Assembly (NCBI GenBank): GCA_049678585.1
Contig: JBAUEL010000110.1
Coordinates: forward strand, 11,221-75,220
Direction of reading: 5' to 3'
Source of the DNA: Dehalococcoidia bacterium
GTDB taxonomy: Bacteria > Chloroflexota > Dehalococcoidia > DSTF01 > CAZFGZ01
Length of the DNA: 64,000 nt
Made by a program: the position numbers and the translations under genes. This document shows positions 37,732 through 47,672 of the stretch, piece by piece (position 1 is the stretch's first letter; each line of letters starts with the position of its first letter). A model generated the notes under the pieces. The model was not told where the DNA came from, did no database searches, and was given only the letters and a program-made list of their open reading frames with translations.

Positions 37732-39510
37732 TCAATGACTGCCGCTCAGTTCGCTGGCGCCGGGGCACCCTCGCAGGAGATGTGATGAAGGGCACTCCCG
37801 CAGCTCCATGGCGATGATCGCGAGTTCCTCGCCGGGAGTGACATAGGCAACCCTGAAGTCAAAGGGCTGAATGTCAGGCCACCGGAGGAAGAACGTTTCG
37901 CTGAGTCGTTCTCGAATCTCTTCTGAGCTGGAATCCTCCGATAGTCCCCCCGAATCAAAGTAGTTCACCGACGCGATGTGGTCGAAGCCCCGGTCGTAGG
38001 CGAGCCAGAGCAAAGGTGCACGCTCCATCCAGGCTACCGCCTCGCTGTCCAAGGCGAAGCCAAGGCCCGACATGGTGGGGTAGCCCGTGGTGAAAGCCAC
38101 GATCCCGTCATCGTACTCGATGATCCTTGGCTGGTCGGAGCCAAAGTGGGCTCTGATCTCCGAGCGACTCTCGAACATCGTCTGATATCGAGCATTGTAG
38201 TTGGGGTCATGGTAGAGCGCCGAGAAGAACAGGGCCACCAGGGCAACGCCTCCTCCGGCCAGCACGACCTCGGCGGTCCGGGTCCGCCGGGCCACGGGCT
38301 TGTACCGTTCCCAGAAGTAGAGTGGAAGGATCGTTGTCAGTAGCACTGAAACCGGAAAGTACCAGTGCCCCTGATGCCAAAGGGGGACGAAGAGGAAGTT
38401 GTAGGCGGCGAGACCCACGACGAACGCGCTGCAGATGCTCAGCGGCACAGTCAAGAGATCGTGTCGTTGGCATCGCCATTGGGTCAGGAGAAAGAGCAGA
38501 GACGCGCCAGCCACGGCGGCCGGGAGGAAGACCTGTGCCTGGCGCCAGGGCAGGGCCTGGGGCGCGTCAGGGAACAGAATGAGTACCCCCAGGTGGATAA
38601 CGTTCCTACCAACGGGGTCGGGGAACGTGCTCTTTATTGAGGCGCTCACGGGGAGGAGGCTGCCCGCCGTGAGCCAGTTGAACGTCACGTACAGGCCCAG
38701 CACACTCATAAACGGCACGGTTAGAGCAAGAAAGCGGCGTACGCGAAGTCTGTCGATGGGGAGCGCACGGAAGAAGAAGACGATGAAGATGCATACGGCC
38801 AGCAGCCCGTGATCGAGGCGGCTAAGCATGAGGACGGACAGGGCGATGCTGAGTTGCAGGCTGGTGACTAGCCGCTCAGAGGTCTCCCGGAGCAGCATGC
38901 TACGTAGGACCCAAGCGAAGGCGAGGACGGCAAGAGCGCTTTCCATGCCATTGGCATAGCTCCACAGTGAGCCGTACTGGGGATCTATAGGCCACGTCGC
39001 CAGTGCATAGAGGCCAACCGGGAGAAGGGGGAAGGCGCTTGGGACTCTCCCCAGTGCAAGCCTGAAGCAGCTCGCCAGCACGACCAACGCCAGGCCAAGC
39101 AGCGCCAGACCGGTCAAGAAGACCAGAACCAAGAAGGCGGAATCAGGGAGACCCAAGAGCGAGGTCAGTTTGTAGAGCAGCCCGGTCAGGAATTGCCAGA
39201 GCGGATGAAAACCGTTGGTCGTTCGTTCCTGGTCGAACGACAGCGAACCGTGCAGGGCCAGATTGCGGGCAACCGTCAGATAGTAGAACGTGTCTGCTGC
39301 AAAATACCAGAAGACCCGCTTCCAGCCATTGACCAGCAGGTCGAGCAGCGGCGGGCCCGTCAGCGTCGCCAACCCCAGCGTAAGCAGCACCTGATCGCGC
39401 ATCGGCCAGGCACGAGGCCAGGGTAAGGGCAGCCACGTTAGTAGCAGCGGCCGGCCACCTGTTCGCGGCGCGAGGAATGGCAGACGAAGGGGAGGATGAG
39501 GGCCTTCCAT
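37732..39510 (-). CDS. Large polytopic membrane protein in the polysaccharide locus, possibly a GT-C-like transferase or polymerase accessory. The start is uncertain (39510 or 39402).
   Basis: At least 12 hydrophobic helices. Conserved-looking loop FYYLTVARNLALHGSLSFDQERTTNGFHPLWQ. The ORF track's N-terminal extension to 39693 overlaps a GT1 remnant in another frame and is unlikely to be coding. Confidence 0.45.
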   Translation of the reverse strand: MEGPHPPLRLPFLAPRTGGRPLLLTWLPLPWPRAWPMRDQVLLTLGLATLTGPPLLDLLVNGWKRVFWYFAADTFYYLTVARNLALHGSLSFDQERTTNGFHPLWQFLTGLLYKLTSLLGLPDSAFLVLVFLTGLALLGLALVVLASCFRLALGRVPSAFPLLPVGLYALATWPIDPQYGSLWSYANGMESALAVLAFAWVLRSMLLRETSERLVTSLQLSIALSVLMLSRLDHGLLAVCIFIVFFFRALPIDRLRVRRFLALTVPFMSVLGLYVTFNWLTAGSLLPVSASIKSTFPDPVGRNVIHLGVLILFPDAPQALPWRQAQVFLPAAVAGASLLFLLTQWRCQRHDLLTVPLSICSAFVVGLAAYNFLFVPLWHQGHWYFPVSVLLTTILPLYFWERYKPVARRTRTAEVVLAGGGVALVALFFSALYHDPNYNARYQTMFESRSEIRAHFGSDQPRIIEYDDGIVAFTTGYPTMSGLGFALDSEAVAWMERAPLLWLAYDRGFDHIASVNYFDSGGLSEDSSSEEIRERLSETFFLRWPDIQPFDFRVAYVTPGEELAIIAMELRECPSSHLLRGCPGASELSGSH

Positions 39511-39572
39511 GAGCCGGACCCTAGAGGCGCCTCTTGGCGGAATCCATGAGGGAAATCTCCTCTCTCGTCCTA

Positions 39573-39960
39573 TCACGGCCCACACGCCGGGCCGGCGATG
39601 TCCCCGCTCCGCTCTCCCCCCGCCGTTGGATGCACCACGACCCGCAGGCGCCGCAGCGCGTGGTCGTAAGCCTGCAGATGAACCTGCGCGCACCGTTCCA
39701 CCGAAAACCGGCGCACCGCCCGCCCCCGTCCGGCGCGGCCCATGCGCTCGCGCAGCGCCGGATCACCCAGCATCCGCAGCACGGCTTCCGCCATGGCCTG
39801 CGGGTCCAGCGGCGGCACGACGTATCCAGTGATGCCGTCTTCCACCACCTCTGGCACCGCGCCCACTTCCGTCGCGACGACCGGCAGAAGTCGGCGTGGC
39901 CACAGCCGATGCTCAATGAGCTCAAATACAACAACGACATCGAAGGCGCCGTCATGTCCC
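39573..39960 (-). pseudogene. Remnant of a GT1 glycosyltransferase, C-terminal third only
   Basis: The frame encodes FELIEHRLWPRRLLPVVATEVGAVPEVVEDGITGYVVPPLDPQAMAEAVLRMLGDPALRERM...FSVERCAQVHLQAY. This is a clean GT1 E-X7-E C-terminal region with no N-terminal domain; the space upstream is occupied by an intact GT1 in another frame. Confidence 0.4.
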
Positions 39961-39967
39961 CGTCCGC

Positions 39968-41134
39968 TCACGGTGTCCTCCCCGCCGCTGTCCGAAGGAC
40001 GGCCAGCGTTTCCTGCGCCGTCCGATCCCATCTGAACTCCGCGGCGCGGGCGCGGCCGCGCACACTGAGCTGCCGTCCGAGCTCGCCATCCCGCACAACC
40101 CTGCTGATGGCATTCGCGATGGACTCAACCGACTCCGGATCAACCAGGAGCGCAGCGTCGCCGGCCACCTCGCGCATGGCGCCCCTGTCGGATGTGACCA
40201 CCGGCACGCCACCGGCCATGGCCTCAAGGAGCGGAAACCCGAATGTCTCGTAAAGGGAGGGGTAAAGGAGAGCCTCCGCTCCGAGCAGTAGCGCCGACAC
40301 GTCCCGGTGCGGGACTCCTCCGATAAACAGGACCTGTCCTCCTAGCCCAATCCGCTCCGCGTGGCTGGCGAGCTCCGCAGCGGTGACGTCGGCGTCCTCG
40401 CCGGCGACCACCAGCCGGTGAGGGAGCTGCACCTCGGCTACGGCGCGCCCGAAGGCCTCGATGATGCGCCGGGTATTCTTGAAGACATAGAGAGTGGAGA
40501 GGGCGAGCAGATAGGGGGCGCCACCCGGCACGTATCGCCTGACAACCGCCGAGAGGGCGTCCGTATCGTGCGAGGCCAAAGAGTCGCGCACGCGCGTGGA
40601 GAGCCCATGCAAGACGGGATGCACCTGTTCTGGCGGCACGCCGGTGAGAGCGACCAGGTCAGCGGCGGCGAAGCGAGAGACTGCGATCACCGCGGATGCG
40701 CCTCGCAGGGACCTCGGCACCGCGTGGCGCAGGTAGGCCCGGCGCAGACGACCAAACGCCTGCGGGTAGAGGAAGTACTGGAGGGATTGGCAGACAACCA
40801 CCGTGGGCGCACGGCGAAGGAAAGGACGCACGTTACTGGTGGCGAGCAGCACATCGACACCCTGGCGGGCGATCAGCCAGGGATAGACGGTCTGCTCGTA
40901 GAGCACGCGCAGGCCAGCGCCGGGAGGCACCAGCGGGCAGAGGACCGCCCTCACCCTGGCGTGGTCCGGCATGATGAGCGAGGCCTTCTCGGGAGTGACA
41001 AAGACCACCACCTCTTCGTCATCGCGAAGCTGGCGGGCCATCGAGCCGAGGAGGTCCCGCATGTAGACGACCATCCCTCCTGCGGCTTCTCCGAGGCCGC
41101 GGCCTGCGCTTATGGCGTCGACCGCTATGCGCAT
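39968..41134 (-). CDS. Glycosyltransferase family 1 (GT4-like)
   Basis: MRIAVDA... N-terminal domain. C-terminal LYPSLYETFGFPLLEAMAGGVPVVTSDRGAMREVAGDAALLVDP. Confidence 0.8.
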   Translation of the reverse strand: MRIAVDAISAGRGLGEAAGGMVVYMRDLLGSMARQLRDDEEVVVFVTPEKASLIMPDHARVRAVLCPLVPPGAGLRVLYEQTVYPWLIARQGVDVLLATSNVRPFLRRAPTVVVCQSLQYFLYPQAFGRLRRAYLRHAVPRSLRGASAVIAVSRFAAADLVALTGVPPEQVHPVLHGLSTRVRDSLASHDTDALSAVVRRYVPGGAPYLLALSTLYVFKNTRRIIEAFGRAVAEVQLPHRLVVAGEDADVTAAELASHAERIGLGGQVLFIGGVPHRDVSALLLGAEALLYPSLYETFGFPLLEAMAGGVPVVTSDRGAMREVAGDAALLVDPESVESIANAISRVVRDGELGRQLSVRGRARAAEFRWDRTAQETLAVLRTAAGRTP

Positions 41135-41173
41135 GGGGAGTCCTCCTCAAGGTCCATCACGGGCGGTCCGCCG

Positions 41174-42361
41174 CTAGACACGTTCCAGCGCATGCCCTCG
41201 CGCCGCGGCCCGCGCCACATCTTCGTAGAGCGTCCCCAGCCGGTCGGCGGTGCGCGCCCAAGTAAACTCGCCTGCCCGCCGGAGGCCGCGGGCCTGCAGG
41301 CATTCGCGCAGCTCGGCATCGCTGAGCACACGCGCCACCGCGGCCGCCAGGGCGGCGTGGTTGGTCGCATCCTCGTGCAGGGCAGCATCACCGGTTGTCT
41401 CGACCAGCGCGGGCGCGCTGGACGTGACCACCGGCGTGCCGCAGGCCATCGCCTCCAGCGGCGGCCAGCCAAACCCTTCGTAGAAGGAAGGAAAGAGCAG
41501 CACATCGCAGCGGTTGTAGAGTGCGACGAGCTGCGCGGTGGTGACCTCGCCCAGGTCGATAATGCGATCCGCCACACCGAGGCTATCCGCCAGGAGGAGG
41601 TGCTTCTCCTCCAGCTTGCTTCCGGCCCGGACCAGAACAGCATCGCCTTCCAGCGTGCGAGCCACCCTCGCGAAGACGCGCAGCAGCCCTTCGATGTTCT
41701 TGTAGGGGGAACCGCTGCCAACGTGCAGCACGAAGGGGCCCTGGCCCAGCAGGCGGGGAGACAGCGTTTCGCAGGCCGCAGCGGATTCGGCCGGGGGCAG
41801 GGAGCGAAATTGCGGCGATACACCGGGCGGAATCACCACCACGCGCTCCGGCGGCACACCCAGGTAGGACGTAACGTCGAGCTTGGTCGTTTCTGAGTCG
41901 GCCACGACCTGGGCGACCCTGGGGAGAGCCGAGAGGCTGACGCGGAACGCAGCCGTCGCGATTCGCGGGCGAGGCAACTGCGGCACACTCCCATCCGCCG
42001 CACGGAGGAGCATGAGGTCGTGACAGGTGACCACGGTGCGCGACCGATCAAGCGCATAGGCCAGGTGCCCGTATCCATGGTCAACGATGTGGTAGACGTG
42101 CGCGCGCTGGCGGCGGGCGGAGAGCGGGTAGCCGACGAAGCGCGACAGGTAGTTGTCGATCTTGGCGGCGAGGGGGAAGGGCAGGCCTCTACGCAGCAGT
42201 CTGACCTCGTCATAGCTGCATTCGCCTACGGTGAGCTGGCCCGACCGGTGCGCCCGCAGCGCTGAGGCGAGTTCGCTGGCGTAGACCTCCATGGAGGTGC
42301 GGCCTTCGGCGGGCATATCACGGAACAAGGTCACCTGGAGCCGCTCCGGAAGGCCGGTCAA
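41174..42361 (-). CDS. Glycosyltransferase family 1 (GT4-like)
   Basis: C-terminal LFPSFYEGFGWPPLEAMACGTPVVTSSAPALVETTGDAALHED. Its start overlaps the stop of the upstream Wzy-like gene (4 nt). Confidence 0.75.
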   Translation of the reverse strand: MTGLPERLQVTLFRDMPAEGRTSMEVYASELASALRAHRSGQLTVGECSYDEVRLLRRGLPFPLAAKIDNYLSRFVGYPLSARRQRAHVYHIVDHGYGHLAYALDRSRTVVTCHDLMLLRAADGSVPQLPRPRIATAAFRVSLSALPRVAQVVADSETTKLDVTSYLGVPPERVVVIPPGVSPQFRSLPPAESAAACETLSPRLLGQGPFVLHVGSGSPYKNIEGLLRVFARVARTLEGDAVLVRAGSKLEEKHLLLADSLGVADRIIDLGEVTTAQLVALYNRCDVLLFPSFYEGFGWPPLEAMACGTPVVTSSAPALVETTGDAALHEDATNHAALAAAVARVLSDAELRECLQARGLRRAGEFTWARTADRLGTLYEDVARAAARGHALERV

Positions 42362-43863
42362 GCTGGTGCCTCCGTTCCGTCGGTCCGGCTGGATAGCACA
42401 GATAGCAACGCTACGAATGCGATCGCAAGGGCCAACGCCTGGATCATCTCTACCATTATCGATGGGACTGATGTCTCGACTCGAAGCGCGTGGGCCATGA
42501 CCGCGAAGTAGATCAAGCTACCCGCTACCCCGACGCCTCGCGCCATCAGCCACTCCCAGAACACGCGCAAGAGGAGCGCAAACAGAAACCAGCCAGCAAC
42601 CACGCCAGCAATCCCGAAGTTCATGTAGAGGTCTCCGGTAACGGTGGGACCGATGACGCTCGTCTGCCAATAAGGAGCCTCCGCGTAGTCACGGGTGAAG
42701 TCAGCGTCAAGGGCATTAACGTCCAGTTTGCCCTGCCAGAGCTGTCGGGGCACCAGCGCAGCGGGAACTATCTCCTTATAGAGTCTGCCGTACTGGAAAT
42801 CCCGAAGCCCAGGCGTGAGCTTCACAGCTAGCGCCACGGATTCCACGCTTGTGGTCCTGTTCATGAGCCGCGTAAAGCCGTAGCTCGCATAGTCCAACGG
42901 ACCTATCTCTCGCAGGCGGGCCGGCGTATCGCGCACGGCCTGCCACGCGATGTCCGTGGTAGCTTGGCCACCCCCGGTCAGTCTGTACTGCGCTTCGCGG
43001 TTTGCGTGAATGATCGGCGTGACCACGAAGATGAATGCGGCCACCCCAGCGAGCAACTGCCGCATTGTGACGCGGATGCCCGCTGCCCGTGCCGCCAGCA
43101 ACCACGCCAATGCCACAAGAACCAGGTGAGCCTTGAAGCCGGTGCCAACGGCGAATGCGAGCTCGATAGGGGTCATGAACACCAGCGCTACGATGAGTAG
43201 CCACCGGGAACCTCGAAAGCCGACAGCGAGCGCAGCTAGGTACGCGATGAGGGCAAGGAACGACACGTCCAGGATGATCCCAGGGACCGGGGCGTCCGCA
43301 CGGCCAGCAAAGCTGAGCTTGGTGTAGTTTCCTAGCTGGATCGCCCACCAGCGTGCAACATTGGCGATGACATAGACGGTTACTATGGCAATTGCGCACG
43401 CTGGGCCCACGAATGGCATGGTCCGGGGCGCTGGAAGGCTCCGGGCCAGCTGGAGGGGGAAGAACAAGAAATAGCCGACCATGAACGACACGAGCGCGAG
43501 CAGCGATACTGCCTGCGATAGCGCGAGAGCGTCCTTTACCGGACGGTACACCTGCGCCTCGGCAGCGTCAGGCTCAAACGTGAGATAGAGTCCGCGAGCC
43601 ACGCAGAAGAATCCGAACAGCCCCACAACGATCCAGCCTGGAGTCAGGAACTCCCCACCATGGAGCCGGTAGCAGGCCCATGCGAAGACACTCAGGGTCA
43701 GTCCAAGTCCGGCTGTCCACGCGTAAAGCCCGGTGGTCTCGGGCGGCACCACGTACGCCAGCGCGAGGGCCACCGCGCCTGCGAAGGCTAGAACGCTAGT
43801 CCACAGAATGCTCTCCGATGAGCCCTCCTGCCGCCGCGCTGACCTTGATAACACACTATTCAT
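42358..43863 (-). CDS. Polytopic membrane protein, a candidate Wzy-type polysaccharide polymerase or O-antigen-ligase-like protein
   Basis: 501 aa, about 12 TM helices with a large loop late in the protein. Its position between a Wzx-like flippase and GT1s points to a Wzy role. No diagnostic motif was recognised. Confidence 0.4.
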   Translation of the reverse strand: MNSVLSRSARRQEGSSESILWTSVLAFAGAVALALAYVVPPETTGLYAWTAGLGLTLSVFAWACYRLHGGEFLTPGWIVVGLFGFFCVARGLYLTFEPDAAEAQVYRPVKDALALSQAVSLLALVSFMVGYFLFFPLQLARSLPAPRTMPFVGPACAIAIVTVYVIANVARWWAIQLGNYTKLSFAGRADAPVPGIILDVSFLALIAYLAALAVGFRGSRWLLIVALVFMTPIELAFAVGTGFKAHLVLVALAWLLAARAAGIRVTMRQLLAGVAAFIFVVTPIIHANREAQYRLTGGGQATTDIAWQAVRDTPARLREIGPLDYASYGFTRLMNRTTSVESVALAVKLTPGLRDFQYGRLYKEIVPAALVPRQLWQGKLDVNALDADFTRDYAEAPYWQTSVIGPTVTGDLYMNFGIAGVVAGWFLFALLLRVFWEWLMARGVGVAGSLIYFAVMAHALRVETSVPSIMVEMIQALALAIAFVALLSVLSSRTDGTEAPA

Positions 43864-44171
43864 GCTTGCGCCCCGCTCTCCACTACACTTGCGGCTGTGC
43901 TCCGCCCGATCCTGAGCATGAGCTCGCCTAGCCGTACAGACGTATGCCTGTGGTCCAAGGCAACAAGGGCCAGGATGTACATAGTGGCCGGAGTTGCGCC
44001 TCCGCCAGTTAGTGGAGGGCCCTCTCCCCTCAACAGCCAGAGAGCCGCCAGCGGCACGACCAGCAGGTAGAGGGGCTCCAGTGCAGAGATGACTCCGACA
44101 AGAACGCAGGCGGCTGCGACCCAGGCGGCCACGGCGAGCGTATCCCTGTTCGAGCTCAGAGCCACTATCAT
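43860..44171 (-). CDS. Small hydrophobic protein (103 aa), translationally coupled between the Wzx-like and Wzy-like genes
   Basis: Start and stop overlap both neighbours (ATGA-type overlaps at 44168-44171 and 43860-43863). Two or three predicted TM helices. No recognisable family. Confidence 0.35.
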   Translation of the reverse strand: MIVALSSNRDTLAVAAWVAAACVLVGVISALEPLYLLVVPLAALWLLRGEGPPLTGGGATPATMYILALVALDHRHTSVRLGELMLRIGRSTAASVVESGAQA

Positions 44172-45754
44172 GGAACCGCGACCCCCTGCGCCCGCTTCAG
44201 GGCCAGCCTTCGCGCCTCCCTCGGCAGGAGGGACAGCATCTCAGCGGCCGGCCCCACACGCCAGAAAGCCAGCATGGCGATCATGAGCAGCGCTGCCGCC
44301 GGCAGCACCAGAACGAGCGCCTCGTTCGGCAACACCAATCCGCGCTCCCGTAACGCCCACTCTCCCAACTTCAGGGCCGCCGGAACTATGAGAGAGACGA
44401 TCAGGATCTTTCCAACGTCCCTCGCCAGGGTGCGGTCGATCCGCGGCGAAAGGAGAAGGCCTACCAGGGTACCCGCGGCCGTGCCCGCCGTGGTCGCCGC
44501 CACCAGGAAGGTAAACCCCAGCGCTGGGGCCAGGGTGAGGTACAGCGGCACGGTGACGGCGACTCTGGTTCCCAGCATCGCGTAGGCGATGGCCAGACGG
44601 CGGCGGGCGTAGGCCGCGAAAAGCGCCAGACCGTACCACACGTCGAAGAGTGCTGCGGGGAGAAACCACACAACGGCTGTGGAGGTCAGGGCCACCGATG
44701 CCTCGTCGAATGCGCCGCGCGCGAACAAGAGCTCGGTGACGGGCTTCGCCCAAAGCATCAGCAAGAACGTAAGTGGCGCCACGACCACGCACGACGCCAC
44801 GGCGCTCCTCCACATAACCTGGCGGAACTCATCCATCCGCCCCCTGGCTGCGCTGATTGAGAGTGCGGGCAAGGCAACGGTGGCCATAGCAGTACCGAGC
44901 ATTCCGGTTGTCCCCGCCGTCCTGAAGCCATAGCTCAGTGCCGCAATCGCACCTGCATCAAACCCAGACGCGACTCTGCGCTGCACCATGCCGATGCAGT
45001 CGCCTCCGAGAATCAGCGCCAGCACCGGCAGACCCAAGGCGAAGACCGCGGGAAGCTCGGGGTGCCAGAGCCGCAGGTGCCGGAGACCGGGTCGATCTTC
45101 CCTCAGAACGAGAATGCACATTGCCAGCAGCGCCGCGGCCCCCAGGAGGTAGGCCAGAGCCAGCAACCGCACATCGCGGGTGCCGGAGAGCACCAGCATC
45201 AGGACGATGACCAGGCTTGGCAGGAACTGCGCAATCCGCGGCACGAGGAACCGGCCCAGTGCGTTGGCGTAGGCGGTAAAGAGGCTGGCGATAAGGAGGA
45301 CCACGCCGGCGGGAAGCAGGACGAGGGCGATTTCATGTGCAAGGCCTCGCTCCTGCTCAGAGAATCCTCCCAGCAATACCCCCAGAGCGCCGTTGCCGAC
45401 CGCCAGGAGGCCAAGCAGCCCAAGCGCTGCTAGCAGGATCGTCCAGAGAACGGTCGTGCCAAGTAGGCTTCGCGCGCTCTCCTTTTCGCCACTTGAGAGT
45501 CTGCTGGCCAGAAGCGGCACCAGCACGGCCGTGCCGATCCCCGACAGCCCCAATCTGTAGATGAGCTCGGTAAAGTAGACGATGCCGTAGTAAACGTCGG
45601 CGTCGCTGGAGGTGCCGATGCGCGACGCGGTTACCGCTTCTTTGATAAAACCAAACAGCGAAACGAAGACGGTAAGCGCCGCCAAGGCAAGAGCGGTGTC
45701 CAAGATGCGGCGCTTGGCCACGCCCGCTTCCTCGGCTCGCGCTGGGGCTATCAT
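44168..45754 (-). CDS. MOP-superfamily flippase (MurJ/Wzx-like polysaccharide biosynthesis protein)
   Basis: 528 aa, about 14 TM helices. The N-terminus (FGFIKEAVTASRIGTSSDADVYYGIVYFTELIYRL) resembles the MurJ/MviN N-terminal pattern. Confidence 0.6.
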   Translation of the reverse strand: MIAPARAEEAGVAKRRILDTALALAALTVFVSLFGFIKEAVTASRIGTSSDADVYYGIVYFTELIYRLGLSGIGTAVLVPLLASRLSSGEKESARSLLGTTVLWTILLAALGLLGLLAVGNGALGVLLGGFSEQERGLAHEIALVLLPAGVVLLIASLFTAYANALGRFLVPRIAQFLPSLVIVLMLVLSGTRDVRLLALAYLLGAAALLAMCILVLREDRPGLRHLRLWHPELPAVFALGLPVLALILGGDCIGMVQRRVASGFDAGAIAALSYGFRTAGTTGMLGTAMATVALPALSISAARGRMDEFRQVMWRSAVASCVVVAPLTFLLMLWAKPVTELLFARGAFDEASVALTSTAVVWFLPAALFDVWYGLALFAAYARRRLAIAYAMLGTRVAVTVPLYLTLAPALGFTFLVAATTAGTAAGTLVGLLLSPRIDRTLARDVGKILIVSLIVPAALKLGEWALRERGLVLPNEALVLVLPAAALLMIAMLAFWRVGPAAEMLSLLPREARRLALKRAQGVAVP

Positions 45755-46359
45755 CTGCGGGCCCTCAGCTCCCAGCTTGATGCCCAGAGCTGGCTGAACG
45801 GCGGTAGCCTCAGCAGGTAGGACAACAGGCGTATGAAATGCAGGCGGTTCGAAAGCGGCACGCCGCCCATGGGCCAGACCCGCTCGACGGTGAAGCCTGC
45901 GTCCTCCAGCAGCATCCTGGCAGAGCGTTTGCTAAATCCCCGCACGTGAGTGTAGTCCGCCCACACCGCGCTTGGTTTGGCCATCACCACAGAGGCGACA
46001 AGGGTTCCCCCAGGGATCATCACCCGGTAGATCTCCCGTGCCAGCGCGCCAGGGTCCTGCACGTGCTCAAAGATGTCCTTGGCCAGCACGGCGTCAAAGG
46101 TTCCGTCCGGATAAGGGAGCGGCTTCTCCTCAATGTCCAGACACACCGCCACCTCGTGCCGGGCTGCCAGCTCCACCGCCCCTGCATCGATATCGACGCC
46201 GTGAACCTCGATGTCAGGTGAAGGTCTGTACTTTCCCAGCCCGCCCGTGCCGCAACCAATGTCGAGCACCTTGCGAGCCGCGCCAAAGTGCCTGAAATAC
46301 ATGCACGCCAGGCTGGGTAGCATCCCGCTATCGCGGTAGTAGGCCAGCTTTCTAACCAC
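45751..46359 (-). CDS. Class I SAM-dependent methyltransferase
   Basis: Motif I VLDIGCGTGGLG, then DAVLAKDIFEHV. The stop overlaps the flippase start (ATGA). Confidence 0.75.
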   Translation of the reverse strand: MVRKLAYYRDSGMLPSLACMYFRHFGAARKVLDIGCGTGGLGKYRPSPDIEVHGVDIDAGAVELAARHEVAVCLDIEEKPLPYPDGTFDAVLAKDIFEHVQDPGALAREIYRVMIPGGTLVASVVMAKPSAVWADYTHVRGFSKRSARMLLEDAGFTVERVWPMGGVPLSNRLHFIRLLSYLLRLPPFSQLWASSWELRARR

Positions 46360-46432
46360 CTTCAGCAGACAGCCTTCCTGCGGCTACGGCTCGTTCAGCG
46401 CGCCGCTGACGGCTCGCATACGGGCACTTGAC

Positions 46433-47644
46433 TCAGCCCACCACCTGCTCCAGCGCCCCGACGATTCCCTGCACATCCGCCTGGTAGTCCCAGCCGCTGA
46501 TGATCTCGCGGGAGCGGCGGCCCCAGCACCTGCGCCGGTCGGCGTCGGTCACGACCACGCCAAGCGCCTCTGCAAGCGCTGCAAGGTCACCGCACCGATA
46601 GACCACCCCGTTTTCCCCTGAGCGCACCAGGTCCGCCGCGCAGCCCACCTTGTCTGAGACAATGACCGGCAGCCCGGCAGCCATGGCCTCGTTGACCACC
46701 AGCCCCCAGGGCTCATACTCCGATGGCAGAACAAGGCAATCCGATGCAGCGTAGAACGCCGACAACTGCGCTTGATTGACGAAGCCTGCCAGCCTGACAT
46801 CGAGGCCTAGAGCACGCGCCTCGGCCTCGACCTGCGGCCGCAGTTCACCGTCGCCGACGATCAAGAGCGTCGCCCTCGGCAAGTAAGCGCTTGCCAGCGC
46901 TCGCACGAGGTCCAGAGGTCGTTTCCAGGCAGCCAGCTTGCCGCAGTAGAGGATTACGACTCGGTCAGGGCCTATGCCGAGTTCCCCACGCACACGATGG
47001 CGGCCCTCCTCAGCGGCTGCCGAGAGGCGCTCGTTCTCCACCGCATAGGGGGCCGGGAAGAGCCGGCCGCTGCGGACGCCATGGTGCACAAAGAACTCAC
47101 GATTTCGCGTTCCTATGTAGAGGCATGCCGACGTCTGCTTCAGAAGCACCCAGAGGAACGCGCGCTTGAGTACGCGCACCCACCAGGGGCGTTCCCGCAG
47201 CAGCGTCGACTCCGTTCGCAGGAGGACGGGTATTCCACGCAGGCGCGCCGCGAGGTAGCCGAGCAGGGAACTGACCTTGGCATAGCTGTGGATAAGCAGG
47301 GCATGGTGATTGCCGCGATGCAGGCGGCGCAGTATCGACGGGTTGATCTGGCCGAGGGGCGACGAAAGCGAGGACAGCGGAGAGATGTTTACGAGAAAGC
47401 GGTGGTCATAGCCATCGGTCAAGGGGATGTCCCACTTCACCACCCGCCCGAAGCCGTCATCGTAGTACTCGCAAGCACCTTGGTCAGAGCAGAAGAATAC
47501 GGTCAGGTCTATCCTGGGGTGCTCAGCCAGTGCCCTGAAAAGCGGCGCCTGGTACTGGATGGGATGCGACGTCAGGACGGCCAGGTGCCACTTCCTTTTC
47601 TCACTCATAGGCAGCGTAACCAGCCACTCCGTCCCCTGCGGCAA
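46433..47644 (-). CDS. Glycosyltransferase family 1 (GT4-like)
   Basis: C-terminal VLPSEYEPWGLVVNEAMAAGLPVIVSDKVGCAADLVRSGENGVVY (E-X7-E). The real start may be the internal MSEKRKWHLAV at 47608. Confidence 0.75.
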   Translation of the reverse strand: MPQGTEWLVTLPMSEKRKWHLAVLTSHPIQYQAPLFRALAEHPRIDLTVFFCSDQGACEYYDDGFGRVVKWDIPLTDGYDHRFLVNISPLSSLSSPLGQINPSILRRLHRGNHHALLIHSYAKVSSLLGYLAARLRGIPVLLRTESTLLRERPWWVRVLKRAFLWVLLKQTSACLYIGTRNREFFVHHGVRSGRLFPAPYAVENERLSAAAEEGRHRVRGELGIGPDRVVILYCGKLAAWKRPLDLVRALASAYLPRATLLIVGDGELRPQVEAEARALGLDVRLAGFVNQAQLSAFYAASDCLVLPSEYEPWGLVVNEAMAAGLPVIVSDKVGCAADLVRSGENGVVYRCGDLAALAEALGVVVTDADRRRCWGRRSREIISGWDYQADVQGIVGALEQVVG

Positions 47645-47672
47645 CCAGAGTTCTCATCGCGCCGCTGTCGGT

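Noticed and set aside
39509-39832. Plus-strand 107-aa ORF and the N-terminal extension of the 37732-39693 membrane-protein ORF
   Set aside because: Both overlap the GT1 remnant frame and are Pro/Ala/Arg-rich with no TM or domain features. The membrane protein most likely starts at 39510 or 39402.
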